Part shown: in pieces, positions 29,630 through 39,364 of the stretch
How positions within the stretch are numbered: the stretch's first letter is position 1
How the letters are laid out: every line of letters starts with the position of its first letter
Source: Alphaproteobacteria bacterium
GTDB lineage: Bacteria; Pseudomonadota; Alphaproteobacteria; UBA828
Assembly: GCA_965220745.1 (NCBI GenBank)
Contig: CBDCQT010000013.1
Span: 288,001-352,000 of the forward strand
DNA length: 64,000 bases
Reading direction: 5' to 3'
Program-made: the position numbers and the translations under genes
The notes under the pieces: model-generated
Database searches by the model: none
What the model was told of the DNA's origin: nothing
The model's input: only the letters and a program-made list of their open reading frames with translations

Positions 29630-31090
29630 ATGCGGGTTTTCATCGCCTGTCTCGGGACCGAGACCAACACCTTCTCGTCGCTGCCGACGGGCGAGCAGAC
29701 TTACCGGGACACCGCCGTCTTCGACAGCGATGCGACCTGCCATTCGCCCAATCCCTTCAGCCTGCCCCTGCACATCTGGCGCGAGCGCGCCGAGGCGGAG
29801 GGGCACGAGGTGATCGAGGGGCTCTGCGCCTTCGCCCAGCCGGGGGGGCGGACGATCCGCCGCGTCTACGAGGACTATCGCGATCGCATCCTCGAGCAGG
29901 CCGAAGCCGCGCTGCCGCTTGACCTCGTGCTGGTCAACATGCACGGCGCGATGGTGGCGGAGGGCTACGACGACTGCGAGGGCGACTTGTTGGCCCGGCT
30001 GCGCGCGGTGGTGGGCCCTGACGCGGTGATCGGTGGCGAGCTCGACCTGCACTGCCACATCACGCCGCTGATGCTGGAGGCGGCGACCGCGCTCGTCACC
30101 TACAAGGAATACCCCCACATCGACATCGGCGAGCGGGCGGAGGACCTGTTCCGGCTCTGCCACGACGCGGCCCGCGGGCGCACCCGGCCCGTGATGGCCG
30201 CTCACGACTGCCGCATGATCAGCATGTGGCGCACCACGGCTGAGCCGATGCAGACCTTCGTCGCCGACATGAAGGCGCGCGAGGGGAGCGACGGAATTCT
30301 CGCCGTCTCCTTCGGCCACGGCTTCCCCTGGGGCGACGTGGCGGAGGTGGGCGCCAAGACCCTGGTGGTAACCGATGGCGATGAGGGCAAGGCGGCGGCG
30401 CTGGCCGCCGATCTCGGCGCCCGGCTCTGGGCGATGCGCGAGGAGACGCGGCCCACCGCAATCGGGATCGACGAGGCTATCGACCGAGCGTTGGCGGTAG
30501 ACGGCGGGCCCGTGGTGCTGGCGGACGTCTCCGACAATGCCGGCGGCGGCGCGCCCAGCGATTCCACCTTCATCCTGGAGCGCTTGATCGCGCGAGGCGT
30601 CGGCGATGTCGCGAGCGGTCTCTACTGGGACCCGGTGGCGGTGCGCTTCTGCATGGAGGCGGGGGAGGGGGCGTCGCTCCGCTTACGTATCGGCGGCAAG
30701 TGCGGCCCGGACTCGGGCAACCCGGTGGACCTCGCGGTCACGGTCGAGCGGATCGTGATCGGCGCCAAGCAGACCTTCGGCGCGGCCCGCAACAGGATCG
30801 GCGATGCGGTGTGGGTGCGCGCGGAAGGCGGCCTCGACCTCGTGCTCAATACGGTGCGCACACAGGTCTTCCATCCCGACGCGTTCGCCGCCGTCGGGCT
30901 CGATCCGGCGGGCAAGAAGATCGTGGTGGTGAAATCCACCCAGCATTTTCATGCGGGCTTCGCGCCCATGGCAAAGGAAATTCTCTACGTCGCTGCACCG
31001 GGTGCCATCGCGCCCGACTTCGCGGCGATCCCCTACACTAAACTGGCGAAGCCCTACTGGCCGCGGGTCGAGGACCCCTGGGCAGGATAG
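29630..31090 (+). CDS. M81 metallopeptidase (MlrC family)
   Basis: ETNTFS, MHGAMV..DDCEGD, LDLHC, YPHID, DNAGGG, VKS..HF. Confidence 0.9.
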   Translation: MRVFIACLGTETNTFSSLPTGEQTYRDTAVFDSDATCHSPNPFSLPLHIWRERAEAEGHEVIEGLCAFAQPGGRTIRRVYEDYRDRILEQAEAALPLDLVLVNMHGAMVAEGYDDCEGDLLARLRAVVGPDAVIGGELDLHCHITPLMLEAATALVTYKEYPHIDIGERAEDLFRLCHDAARGRTRPVMAAHDCRMISMWRTTAEPMQTFVADMKAREGSDGILAVSFGHGFPWGDVAEVGAKTLVVTDGDEGKAAALAADLGARLWAMREETRPTAIGIDEAIDRALAVDGGPVVLADVSDNAGGGAPSDSTFILERLIARGVGDVASGLYWDPVAVRFCMEAGEGASLRLRIGGKCGPDSGNPVDLAVTVERIVIGAKQTFGAARNRIGDAVWVRAEGGLDLVLNTVRTQVFHPDAFAAVGLDPAGKKIVVVKSTQHFHAGFAPMAKEILYVAAPGAIAPDFAAIPYTKLAKPYWPRVEDPWAG

Positions 31091-31114
31091 GAGAGGCCCG
31101 GCGGGCGCTGCTGC

Positions 31115-32008
31115 TTATTCCGCCGCCTCCGCCTCGGGGCGGGCCCAGCGGCGCTCGAAGGCCCAGACGTCCTCGAAGCCCATGAGCGCGTGCATCTCGG
31201 GCAGCGAGATCATCGGCGCATCGACGTTGGCGGTCGAGCCGTCGCGCTTGAGGGACGCGAAGGCACTCTTCATGGCGCCGGCCGCCGGCAGCATGCCGAT
31301 GGCGGGATAGATCGCGATGTTGAAACCCAAGGCCGCGAGGCGCTCCGCCGGCACGATGGGGGTCTTGCCGCTGTCCACCATGTTGGCGAGCAGCGGCTTG
31401 TCGAAAGTCTCGCCGATCCGCGCGATCTCGTCTTCGTTCTCCGGCGCCTCGATGAAGATCACGTCGGCGCCCGCGTCGGCGAAGGCCTGGCCCCGCGCGA
31501 GGGCCTCGTCGAGTCCGAGGCTCGTGCGTGCATCGGTGCGCGCGATGATCAGGAAGTTGGGGTCGCGGCGCGCCTCGGCGGCGACCCTGATCTTCTCCAC
31601 CATGTCCTCGATGGGGACCACGCGGCGCCCCGGCGTGTGGCCGCACTTCTTGGGGATTTCCTGGTCCTCGAGCTGGATCGCGCTGCAGCCCGCGTCCTCG
31701 TAGCCCCGCACGGTGTGCTGCACGTTGAGCAGGCCGCCGAAGCCCGTGTCCGCATCGCAGATCAGCGGCGAGGCGGTGCCGCCCGCGATGGTGCGCACGC
31801 GGCTCACGACATCGGCGTAGCTCGCGATGCCGGCATCGGGCAGGCCGAGGTGCGAGGCCGCGACGCCGTAGCCGGTCATGTAGAGCGCCCGAAAACCCAT
31901 GCCGTCGGCGACCTTGGCGGAGATCATGTCGTAGACGCCCGGCGCCACGACGAACTGGCCCTCCCGGATCGCGCCGGCGAGCGCGGCGCGCTTCTCGCTT
32001 GCGTTCAT
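31115..32008 (-). CDS. Isocitrate lyase/PEP mutase family protein
   Basis: DADTGFG, LEDQ..PKKCGH, IARTDA. Confidence 0.9.
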   Translation of the reverse strand: MNASEKRAALAGAIREGQFVVAPGVYDMISAKVADGMGFRALYMTGYGVAASHLGLPDAGIASYADVVSRVRTIAGGTASPLICDADTGFGGLLNVQHTVRGYEDAGCSAIQLEDQEIPKKCGHTPGRRVVPIEDMVEKIRVAAEARRDPNFLIIARTDARTSLGLDEALARGQAFADAGADVIFIEAPENEDEIARIGETFDKPLLANMVDSGKTPIVPAERLAALGFNIAIYPAIGMLPAAGAMKSAFASLKRDGSTANVDAPMISLPEMHALMGFEDVWAFERRWARPEAEAAE

Positions 32009-32023
32009 CTCTCTTAACTCCGT

Positions 32024-32911
32024 CTAGCCGCGATGGGCGTCCAGAAAACCCAGCAGGGTCTCGAAATAGGGCTCCGGCTCCTCGTACATCGGCAGGTGCG
32101 ACGAGTTCGGGAACACCTTGATCTGGGAATTGGGCAGCGCCGCGTGAATCTTCATCGAACACGCGGGCGTCAGCTCGTCGTGCTGGCCGCAGAGCACCAG
32201 CGCCGGCTGGTGGATGCGGTGCAGCTCCGGCAGCCAGTTCTTGTCCTTGATGCTGCCGGTGTAGCAGAACTCGTTGGGCCCCTGGATCGCCTCGTAGGGC
32301 CCCATGTTCCAGTCGCCCAGCGAGCGCATCACCGGCGCCGGCCACGTGTCGAGCCGGCAGACGTGGCGGTAGTTGAGGATGGTGATCGCGGCCTGATAGG
32401 TGGGGTGGGCGATGGTGCCTTCCGCCTCGTGGCGCTGCATCATCGCCTCGGTCTCATGGCCAAGCGCGTGGCGAAGCCGGTGCAGCTCGCTCACGAGATG
32501 CGGGATGTCACCGGCGCCATTGGCGAGCGTGATCGTCTTGAAGCTCTCGGGATAAGCGAGCGCCCATTCCTGGCCGAGCCAGGTGCCCCAGGATTGCCCG
32601 TAGTAGTGCACGGGGCCGAGCCCAAGCGCGGTGCGCACGGTCTCCGTCTCCTCGACGTAGCGCTCGATGGTCCAGAGCGCGGCGTCATCCGGCCGGTCGG
32701 ACTTGCCGGTGCCGAGCTGGTCGAAGGCCACCACCCGGTAGCCCTTGTCCGCGAGCCAGGAGTGCGCGTCCCGCACGTAGTCGCAGGGGAGCCCCGGCCC
32801 GCCGTTGACGCAGAACAGCACCTCGTCGCCGGAGCCGAAGCTGTAGGCCACGACGTTGTAACCGTCGACGGTGACGTTGATGGTCTCGTCCGGCGCGCGA
32901 TCGTCCATCAT
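32024..32911 (-). CDS. Proline iminopeptidase family hydrolase
   Basis: GGPG, DQLGTGKSDRP, GQSWG, GPNEF, SSHLP. Confidence 0.9.
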   Translation of the reverse strand: MMDDRAPDETINVTVDGYNVVAYSFGSGDEVLFCVNGGPGLPCDYVRDAHSWLADKGYRVVAFDQLGTGKSDRPDDAALWTIERYVEETETVRTALGLGPVHYYGQSWGTWLGQEWALAYPESFKTITLANGAGDIPHLVSELHRLRHALGHETEAMMQRHEAEGTIAHPTYQAAITILNYRHVCRLDTWPAPVMRSLGDWNMGPYEAIQGPNEFCYTGSIKDKNWLPELHRIHQPALVLCGQHDELTPACSMKIHAALPNSQIKVFPNSSHLPMYEEPEPYFETLLGFLDAHRG

Positions 32912-33105
32912 GGCCTGCGTCCCCCTCCCACGTGGCGCGGCGGAGTGTTCCACATTTGCTGAACGCCTCCAAGCCGGGCCGGCGGCAAGCGAGCGGCTCG
33001 TGCTAGGATGGTTGCACGACCGCCCGGCGCCGCAAGAACAAGCAACAATGGCGCCCGCAATCGCCGCGCCCCGGCGGCGGCGACGGAGGAGGGAAGGAGA
33101 GCGAG

Positions 33106-34380
33106 ATGGCGCGCATTCTCATCACCGATGTGACGATCTTCGACGGCTCCGGCCGCGAGCCCTTCGCGGGCGAGGTCCTGGTGCAGGGCAACCGCATCGC
33201 CAAGGTGGCGGCCGGCGGCTTCCCCAGCGGCACGGCGGCCGACCGGGTGATCGACGGCGGCGGCGCCACGCTGATGCCGGGCCTGGTCAACTGCCACGGC
33301 CACCCGACCTACCCCAACATGGGCGCGGACTTCTACTCGACCGGCGAGCTCCCGGTGGAGGAGCACGTCTACCGCACCATGCACAACGTGAAGGCGATGC
33401 TGGATGCGGGCTTCACCGCCTCGGTCAACGGCTCCTCGGCCAAGACCCGGCTCGACATCGCGACCCGCAACGAGATCGACGCGGGCGGCATCCCCGGCCC
33501 CCGGATGCGCGCGGCCACGCCCGAGATCACCGTCACCGGCGGCCTCGGCGACCTGCGCCAGTACCACATGCACCACGAGGGCTTCGCGGTGGTCTGCGAC
33601 GGGCCCGAGGAGATCCGCAAGTTCTCCCGCCTGATGATCCGCGAGGGCGCGGACAGCCTCAAGCTGATGATCTCCGGCGACTTCTTCGTCCACGACACCG
33701 CCACCGGCGACATGACCGTGATGCAGGAGGACGAGATCGTCGCCTGCACCAGCATCGCCCACATCCACAAGCGCCGCGTCATCGCGCACGCGCGCACGGC
33801 GGAGGCGGTCAAGCGCTGCGTGAAGCACGGGATCGACCTGATTTACCACGCCAACTTCTGCGACGAGGAGGCGCTGGACCTGCTGGAGGCGAACAAGGAC
33901 CGCTTCTTCGTCAACCCCGCCATCGGCCTCACCTACACCACCCTCTACGAGATGGCGGACTACGGGATGCCGCAGGAGAAGGCCGAGGAATGGGGCTTCA
34001 AGCGCGAGCTCGACGGCGCCATCGCGGTGACGAAGGAGCTGCACCGGCGCGGCGTGCGCGTGCTGCCCTTCGGCGACTACGGCTTCGAGTGGAACCCAGT
34101 GGGCCGCGACGCCCGCGACCTGGAGCTCTGGCAGGAACTGATGGGCTTCTCGTCCATCGACCTGCTCACCATGGCGACCCGCTACGGCGGCGAGTGTTTT
34201 GGGGACGCCGTGGGCCTGGTGGCGGAGGGCTACCTCGCCGACCTGATCATGGTGGACGGCGACCCGCTCGCCGATGTCCGAATCCTGCAGGACACCGACC
34301 GGATCGCGATGATCATGAAGGACGGCGCCGTCTACAAAGAGCCGCGCGAACGCCAGCGCCAGCAGGCCGCCGCCGAGTAG
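33106..34380 (+). CDS. Metal-dependent amidohydrolase, paralog of 25381-26679
   Basis: LMPGLVNCHGH, P.EEH, AHAR, IYHA, GDYGF.WNP.G..ARD. Confidence 0.9.
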   Translation: MARILITDVTIFDGSGREPFAGEVLVQGNRIAKVAAGGFPSGTAADRVIDGGGATLMPGLVNCHGHPTYPNMGADFYSTGELPVEEHVYRTMHNVKAMLDAGFTASVNGSSAKTRLDIATRNEIDAGGIPGPRMRAATPEITVTGGLGDLRQYHMHHEGFAVVCDGPEEIRKFSRLMIREGADSLKLMISGDFFVHDTATGDMTVMQEDEIVACTSIAHIHKRRVIAHARTAEAVKRCVKHGIDLIYHANFCDEEALDLLEANKDRFFVNPAIGLTYTTLYEMADYGMPQEKAEEWGFKRELDGAIAVTKELHRRGVRVLPFGDYGFEWNPVGRDARDLELWQELMGFSSIDLLTMATRYGGECFGDAVGLVAEGYLADLIMVDGDPLADVRILQDTDRIAMIMKDGAVYKEPRERQRQQAAAE

Positions 34381-34445
34381 GTGCACGCCTTCGCGGCTCG
34401 ATTCCCTTACGGCGGGCGGCGGCCTCGCTGCCGCTCAACGTCGGT

Positions 34446-34474
34446 CTTGATGCACGCCCCGGTTGCTTCTATAT
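34446..34474 (+). promoter_or_regulatory. Alphaproteobacterial-type promoter
   Basis: CTTGAT-N17-CTATAT upstream of ORF 34530. Confidence 0.55.
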
Positions 34475-34529
34475 CCGGCCCGCACGCCCGACGAGGGCGG
34501 GGATTTGGAGACGTTATTGAGCGAGAGAG

Positions 34530-35084
34530 ATGAGCGAAGCCAAGAGCACCAAGAAGGCATCGAAAGCCAAGACCGAGTCGGCGCCCAAGGCCAAGAGCGA
34601 GAGCGCCGACACCAAGACCAAGGCGAAGGACGACACGGCGAGTACGTCCGACGCCTCCTCCGATACCAAGTCGTCGGAGGGCGCCAAGGACTCCGGCAAG
34701 GACTCGGCAACGGACGCCGGCAAGTCCGCGCGTGACTCGGCCGGCGGCAAGGCCGACGTGCACTACGGCTATTTCTCCAGCGTGAGGACGCCGGCCTACC
34801 GCAGCGGTTGGGACGAGATCTGGGGCGGCAAGAACGGCGGGAACGACGCGGACGAAGACGAGGCGCCGCGCCAGCGCCGGGCGGCGCGCGCAAGCCGGCC
34901 CGCGAAGGCGCGCAAGCGGCGCGACCCGATCACCGTCACCCTCGACCTCGACACGCTGCCGCCCGAGCTGAAGGACGGCCTGGTGGAGATCGCCAGCGCC
35001 GAGCTCAAGAAGTCCCGCGTGAGCTACGCGCGGCGCGACAAGGCCGGCGCCATCGACTGGCGCATCACCTGCCGCGTGGACTGA
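34530..35084 (+). CDS. Hypothetical protein with a K/S/A/D-rich low-complexity N-terminus
   Basis: Host-like codon usage and an upstream promoter; central HYGYFSSVRTPAYRSGWDEIWG block. Confidence 0.7.
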   Translation: MSEAKSTKKASKAKTESAPKAKSESADTKTKAKDDTASTSDASSDTKSSEGAKDSGKDSATDAGKSARDSAGGKADVHYGYFSSVRTPAYRSGWDEIWGGKNGGNDADEDEAPRQRRAARASRPAKARKRRDPITVTLDLDTLPPELKDGLVEIASAELKKSRVSYARRDKAGAIDWRITCRVD

Positions 35085-35125
35085 GCGCGCAACCCGAGAT
35101 CGCAGGATTTACGGCAAGGGGAGGA

Positions 35126-35245
35126 CCGGGCCGATAGGCCCGGACGGCGCGACTGCGCCGCGCGCGAAGCGCGGAGCGTCGCGCGTCCACGCGCGCGGAG
35201 CGCACGATCGAGCGGAGCGAGCGCCCGGCGACTGAGGGAAATGAA
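35126..35245 (-). repeat. Dispersed GC-rich repeat, copy 3 (inverted)
   Basis: Reverse complement TTCATTTCCCTCAGTCGCCGGGCGCTCGCTCCGCTCG...CGCGCGCGGCGCA..CGCGCCGTCCGGGCCT matches copies 1 and 2. Confidence 0.8.
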
Positions 35246-35321
35246 TAAGTAATCGATATTCGTTGCAAACGGGGGCATGTCGGTCCATCTGTAGGGAGAC
35301 GGCCGACGGAGGGCTCGGGCG

Positions 35322-35732
35322 ATGCTGAGGATTGTCGTTTTCTGCGCCTTGCTGGTCGTTGGCGCCATGCCGCTTCATGCGGACGTCATCCAGGTGGACA
35401 GTGCCGGACTTGAGCGGCTGCGGGCAGAGGGAGTCGCCGTCGTCGACGTCCGGAGGCCGGAGGAGTGGCGCAAGACCGGCGTCATCGAAGGCAGCCACTT
35501 GATGACCTTCTTCGACAAGAAGGGACGCTACGACCTGGACCAGTGGCTGCCGGCCCTCGCCGCGATCGCAGAATCCGACCAGCCCGTTGCGTTCATCTGC
35601 CGTAGTGGAAAGCGCAGCGGCAGGGTCGCCCGCCTGCTGGACGAGCAGTTCGGATACCGGCACGTCTACACTGCGCGCGATGGCATCCTGGGATGGCTCG
35701 AGGAGGGGCGGTCCACGATGGATCGCCAATAG
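35322..35732 (+). CDS. Exported rhodanese-like protein
   Basis: Signal peptide; VDVRRPEEW..TGVI.G; CRSGKRS active loop. Confidence 0.85.
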   Translation: MLRIVVFCALLVVGAMPLHADVIQVDSAGLERLRAEGVAVVDVRRPEEWRKTGVIEGSHLMTFFDKKGRYDLDQWLPALAAIAESDQPVAFICRSGKRSGRVARLLDEQFGYRHVYTARDGILGWLEEGRSTMDRQ

Positions 35733-35867
35733 CGGCCGCCGCCCGAGGGCTGCCAAATCCGCGGACCGCTGGGCATTTCTGGTAGCCACATGGAAAAAAG
35801 CCGCTATATGTAGCGGTTTAGTCACATTCGAGTCGCCAGAGGATAAAGACAGAGGGGACCTCCGACC

Positions 35868-36155
35868 ATGAGCAGAGCCGCATTCATCGAGAACGTCGCC
35901 AAGAAGGGCAAGATGAGCAAGGCCGAGGCCAAGCGCACCGTGGACCTGGTGCTGGGCGAGATCGAGGCCGGAATCAAGAAGTCGAAGAAGGAAGGCCGCT
36001 ACACCATCGGCAACTTCGGCACCTTCAGCATCGTCAAGCGCAAGGGGCGCAAGGGCCGCAACCCGCAGACCGGCGAGGCGATCCGGATCAGGGCCTCCAA
36101 GGCCCTCCGCTTCCGCCCCTCCGCCCAGCTCCGGAGAGCCGCCGGCGCGAAGTAA
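35868..36155 (+). CDS. hup: HU family DNA-binding protein
   Basis: FGTFSIVKRKGRKGRNPQTGE.I.I.AS...FRP. Confidence 0.9.
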   Translation: MSRAAFIENVAKKGKMSKAEAKRTVDLVLGEIEAGIKKSKKEGRYTIGNFGTFSIVKRKGRKGRNPQTGEAIRIRASKALRFRPSAQLRRAAGAK

Positions 36156-36441
36156 TTCTCAGCCCAAGCGTATCGTATTTGGGTGTAACGGTGGCGCCGC
36201 TGACCATGCTACGCTGAGGCAACAAACGCAGTTAGACCCTTGTTTTGGCACGTTGAGTAGTGGCGTAGCCTCGAAGACGCCGGCGCTTCCAAGATTAGCG
36301 CCCGCGAACACAATGTCTTGTAAGATGGCGCCCATTTCAATCAGAAGTGCGACCAACATTACGCCGTAGAAATGCTGCATTTAGTGACTGTCACCTTCGC
36401 GTAATCCGGAAAGGACTGATGAAGCTTAGAGGTGATGTCCA

Positions 36442-37203
36442 TTACATCTTCTGGTAGCTCTTTCCTGACAGGCGCTCAAATTCCCTTAGAAGATTGTACA
36501 TTTTGTCGAAAGAGGGTTCATCTCCGAATGCCTTGTAGGCAAATGCGCAGGAGCATATTCCCCGATAGAAATAGTTAAAAATTTCTTCTCGGTGTCCATC
36601 GTAAATCGGAGTTCCCTTCATGCCGCGCACATGGAATCGAGCTGGACTTCCTCCATACATATCCATTATGTGAGGAGATGCGGCGTGAACATATCCAGAA
36701 TAGGCTCTGCTCATTGTCCTCAATAGTTCTGCTCCACTGCTTGGGTCAGTCGGAGAAAACTCACTACGGGCCAAGTATGCATGAATTTTCCGGCGAGGCA
36801 CTACATCGCGCTTTTGAGACGACTCTATTGCCGTGTCAGCGTCAAATTCTTCTGCGAAAAATGCGTCCAAGAATCGACAATGTAAAGGTGAGTTATCGTC
36901 ACCTCGTATCATGCCGATCACTAAAAATAGAATGTCCTCTTGAAGTTCGTCTAGCATTCTCTGTAATGAGGCCTGCTCTTGCACAAAACCAGCATTGAAG
37001 AGTAGGCGTGTTGCATGGAGAGTACTTACCATGCGTGCCAGTTTTTGAACGATTGCTTGATGGATTGACCGTTCCACATGACGAAAAGCCTGAATTCTCC
37101 TAATCTGCACAAATTGCGGCTGCGGTACTCGCGCTGCCAGTTGGTCAACAGTCCGCTCCAGGTGCTTCAAGACTTGTTCATAAAGGGCATCCATCGTTAT
37201 CAA
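36442..37203 (-). CDS. Low-GC hypothetical protein, DUF5677/HEPN-like
   Basis: AT-rich relative to its flanks; helical; R..LDE and RAYSGYVH motifs; true start may be MDALY. Confidence 0.55.
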   Translation of the reverse strand: MITMDALYEQVLKHLERTVDQLAARVPQPQFVQIRRIQAFRHVERSIHQAIVQKLARMVSTLHATRLLFNAGFVQEQASLQRMLDELQEDILFLVIGMIRGDDNSPLHCRFLDAFFAEEFDADTAIESSQKRDVVPRRKIHAYLARSEFSPTDPSSGAELLRTMSRAYSGYVHAASPHIMDMYGGSPARFHVRGMKGTPIYDGHREEIFNYFYRGICSCAFAYKAFGDEPSFDKMYNLLREFERLSGKSYQKM

Positions 37204-37327
37204 GCCTTTTTTCGGCGTTCAATGTTTTGCGGGTGCGGATAGCGCATGTTCTAGCGCGTCTTCAAGACGTTTTGTCTTGGCGAGAGAATGTCGGAGGAAT
37301 AGCGTCTCAGAACAAGTAGGGTCGAAG

Positions 37328-38020
37328 TCACGGCATTTCCAGCGGCTCCACACACTTCTCATCGTCGTTCGCGGGTTTGTTGACCAGCGTGCTTACGGGG
37401 TGAGCGGTCATGACCGCGGCCGGGTAGGGGGCGAGGGGGACCGCTTCGCCGCCAAGCCAGGGGTCGTAAGCGTCGGGCGGCAGGATCACGGGCATGCGGG
37501 GGTGGATTGGGGCCAGGGTGGCGTTGGCCTCGGTGGTGAGGATGGTGCAGGTCTCCAGCACGTCGCCGGGCGCGAGCTCGGATAGCGAGCCGGTGAGCGC
37601 GAGGCCCGCCGGCACGATCCAGCTCTCCCACAGCCCGGCGAAGACGAAGCCGCCGCCGTCCTTCATCCCGATCAGGTAGGGCTGCTTGGCCTTGCCCTCG
37701 CGCTTCCACTCGTAGAATCCGTCGGCCGGGATCAGGCAGCGGCGCGCCTCGAAGGCGGCGCGGAACGAGGGTTTCTCGTGCGCGGTCTCGGAGCGCGCGT
37801 TGATCAGCTTGTAGCCGATGCTGGGCTCCCTGGCCCACGCGGGAATCAGCCCCCAGCGCAGCATGGAGAGGCGGCGGCCGCCGTCGCTTACGCGCACCGT
37901 CGCGATGCTCTGCCCCGGTGCCACGTTGTAGCGCGGCTGCAGGTTCTGGGGTGTGCCGATGAGGCCGAGGCGTTCGTGAAGCTCGCGCCAGGAGAGGCGC
38001 TGGGTGAAGCGTCCGCACAT
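37328..38020 (-). CDS. SOS response-associated peptidase (SRAP/HMCES)
   Basis: MCGRF start, RYNVAP, WGLIP.W, INARSET, GFYEW, IH.RMPVIL. Confidence 0.95.
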   Translation of the reverse strand: MCGRFTQRLSWRELHERLGLIGTPQNLQPRYNVAPGQSIATVRVSDGGRRLSMLRWGLIPAWAREPSIGYKLINARSETAHEKPSFRAAFEARRCLIPADGFYEWKREGKAKQPYLIGMKDGGGFVFAGLWESWIVPAGLALTGSLSELAPGDVLETCTILTTEANATLAPIHPRMPVILPPDAYDPWLGGEAVPLAPYPAAVMTAHPVSTLVNKPANDDEKCVEPLEMP

Positions 38021-38049
38021 GGTGGTCGAGCGGCCGGGCGGCGCGCGGC

Positions 38050-38805
38050 CTACCAGGCGGTCCAGCCCAGGTCGATCATGAGGTGGGCGCCGTGTACCGC
38101 ATCGGCCTCTGACGACACGAGGTAGGCCACGGCGCCCGAGACATCGTCGGCCTCCATCCAGTAGCGGCCCATCGGCGCGATGGCCTCCATCCGCTCCTCC
38201 CTGCCGGGCTGGGCGCGGATCGCCGCGTTCATGTCGGTTCTCGTGGCGCCGGGCCCCACCGCGTTGACGTTGATCCCGTGCGGCCCGAGTTCCAGGCCGA
38301 GCGCCTTGGTCAGCAGCATCTGGCCGCCCTTCGATGCGCAATAAGCCGCGCCGGCGCTCGAGCCGACGACGCCGAGCGTGGACGTGATGTTGACGATCTT
38401 GCCCGCGCCCTTCGCCTTCATCACTGGTGCCACCGCCTTGGCCATGAAGAAGCTGCCCTTGAGGTTGATGTCGATCTGGGCGTCCCAGAGCGCCTCGGTG
38501 GTCTCCTCCATGGGCAGCGGGTGGTAGACGCCGGCGTTGTTGATGAGGATGTCGATGGTGCCGAAGGCGTCGGCCACCTCCGCTGCCAGCCGCTCGCAGT
38601 CCGACACCTGAGAGACATCCGCCTGGAACGGCGCGGCGCGACCGCCGGCGTCTGCGATCCCCTGCACCACGGCTTCCGCCTTGTCGCGCGCCGTGTGCGC
38701 GACCACCGCGATCACCGCGCCATCCGCAGCCAGTCGGCGCGCGATGCTTGCGCCGATCCCGCGCGAGCCTCCGGTGACGATCGCGACCTTGCCCTCAAGC
38801 CTCAT
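38050..38805 (-). CDS. SDR oxidoreductase (FabG-like)
   Basis: TGGSRGIG, NNAG, YCASKGG. Confidence 0.9.
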   Translation of the reverse strand: MRLEGKVAIVTGGSRGIGASIARRLAADGAVIAVVAHTARDKAEAVVQGIADAGGRAAPFQADVSQVSDCERLAAEVADAFGTIDILINNAGVYHPLPMEETTEALWDAQIDINLKGSFFMAKAVAPVMKAKGAGKIVNITSTLGVVGSSAGAAYCASKGGQMLLTKALGLELGPHGINVNAVGPGATRTDMNAAIRAQPGREERMEAIAPMGRYWMEADDVSGAVAYLVSSEADAVHGAHLMIDLGWTAW

Positions 38806-38890
38806 GCCCTGCCTCCGCTCGTTCGAGGCGGGCACGATAGCACGCGAGGTCGGCTCCGCTCCCCGTGCGGCGCGTCCCCCACGCGACCGA

Positions 38891-39361
38891 CTACTGCGCC
38901 TCCTCCATCTTCATCTCGCCGTGATCCATGTCGCTGTCGTGGTCCTTCATCTTCATCTCCCCGTGCTCGTGCCCGGATTCGCCGGAGGCCCGGCCGAAAT
39001 CCAGCTTCTTGACCACGCGGTCCCGCGTCGGGCCGCTGACGTCGAGGGTGAGCGCCCACTCGCCCAGCATCTCCAGCTCCAGCGTGGCGGTGTAGTGGCC
39101 CGGCATCGCGCCTGCCGCCGCCTTCACGGGCCGCACGTTGTGCGCCAGCGGCATCGACGGCATGTCGGCCTTGACCACGACCTCGGCGCCCGCCACGGGT
39201 TCGCCGCTCTTCTTGCCCTTGAGCATGATCATGCAGTCGTAGGTCAGCTTCTCCGCCGTCGCCGTGCAGCTCACGTCGGCCGCCACGCGCTCGCCCGCCA
39301 AGGCGACGCTGCCCGCGATCAGCATCGCCGACAGAGTCAGACCTGCGATGAAGATACGCAT
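38891..39361 (-). CDS. Exported FixH/YtkA-like protein with a His/Met-rich tail
   Basis: Signal peptide; ADMPSMP..H, PG.Y......M.GEW; tail HEHGEMKMKDHDSDMDHGEMKM. Confidence 0.7.
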   Translation of the reverse strand: MRIFIAGLTLSAMLIAGSVALAGERVAADVSCTATAEKLTYDCMIMLKGKKSGEPVAGAEVVVKADMPSMPLAHNVRPVKAAAGAMPGHYTATLELEMLGEWALTLDVSGPTRDRVVKKLDFGRASGESGHEHGEMKMKDHDSDMDHGEMKMEEAQ

Positions 39362-39364
39362 CGT

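Noticed and set aside
29630-31090. Microcystin degradation (mlrC)
   Set aside because: The M81 family is widespread and no mlrA/B/D genes are present
36159-36441. 73-aa ORF and a 27-aa ORF coupled to the HEPN-like stop codon
   Set aside because: No motifs; more likely a decayed remnant
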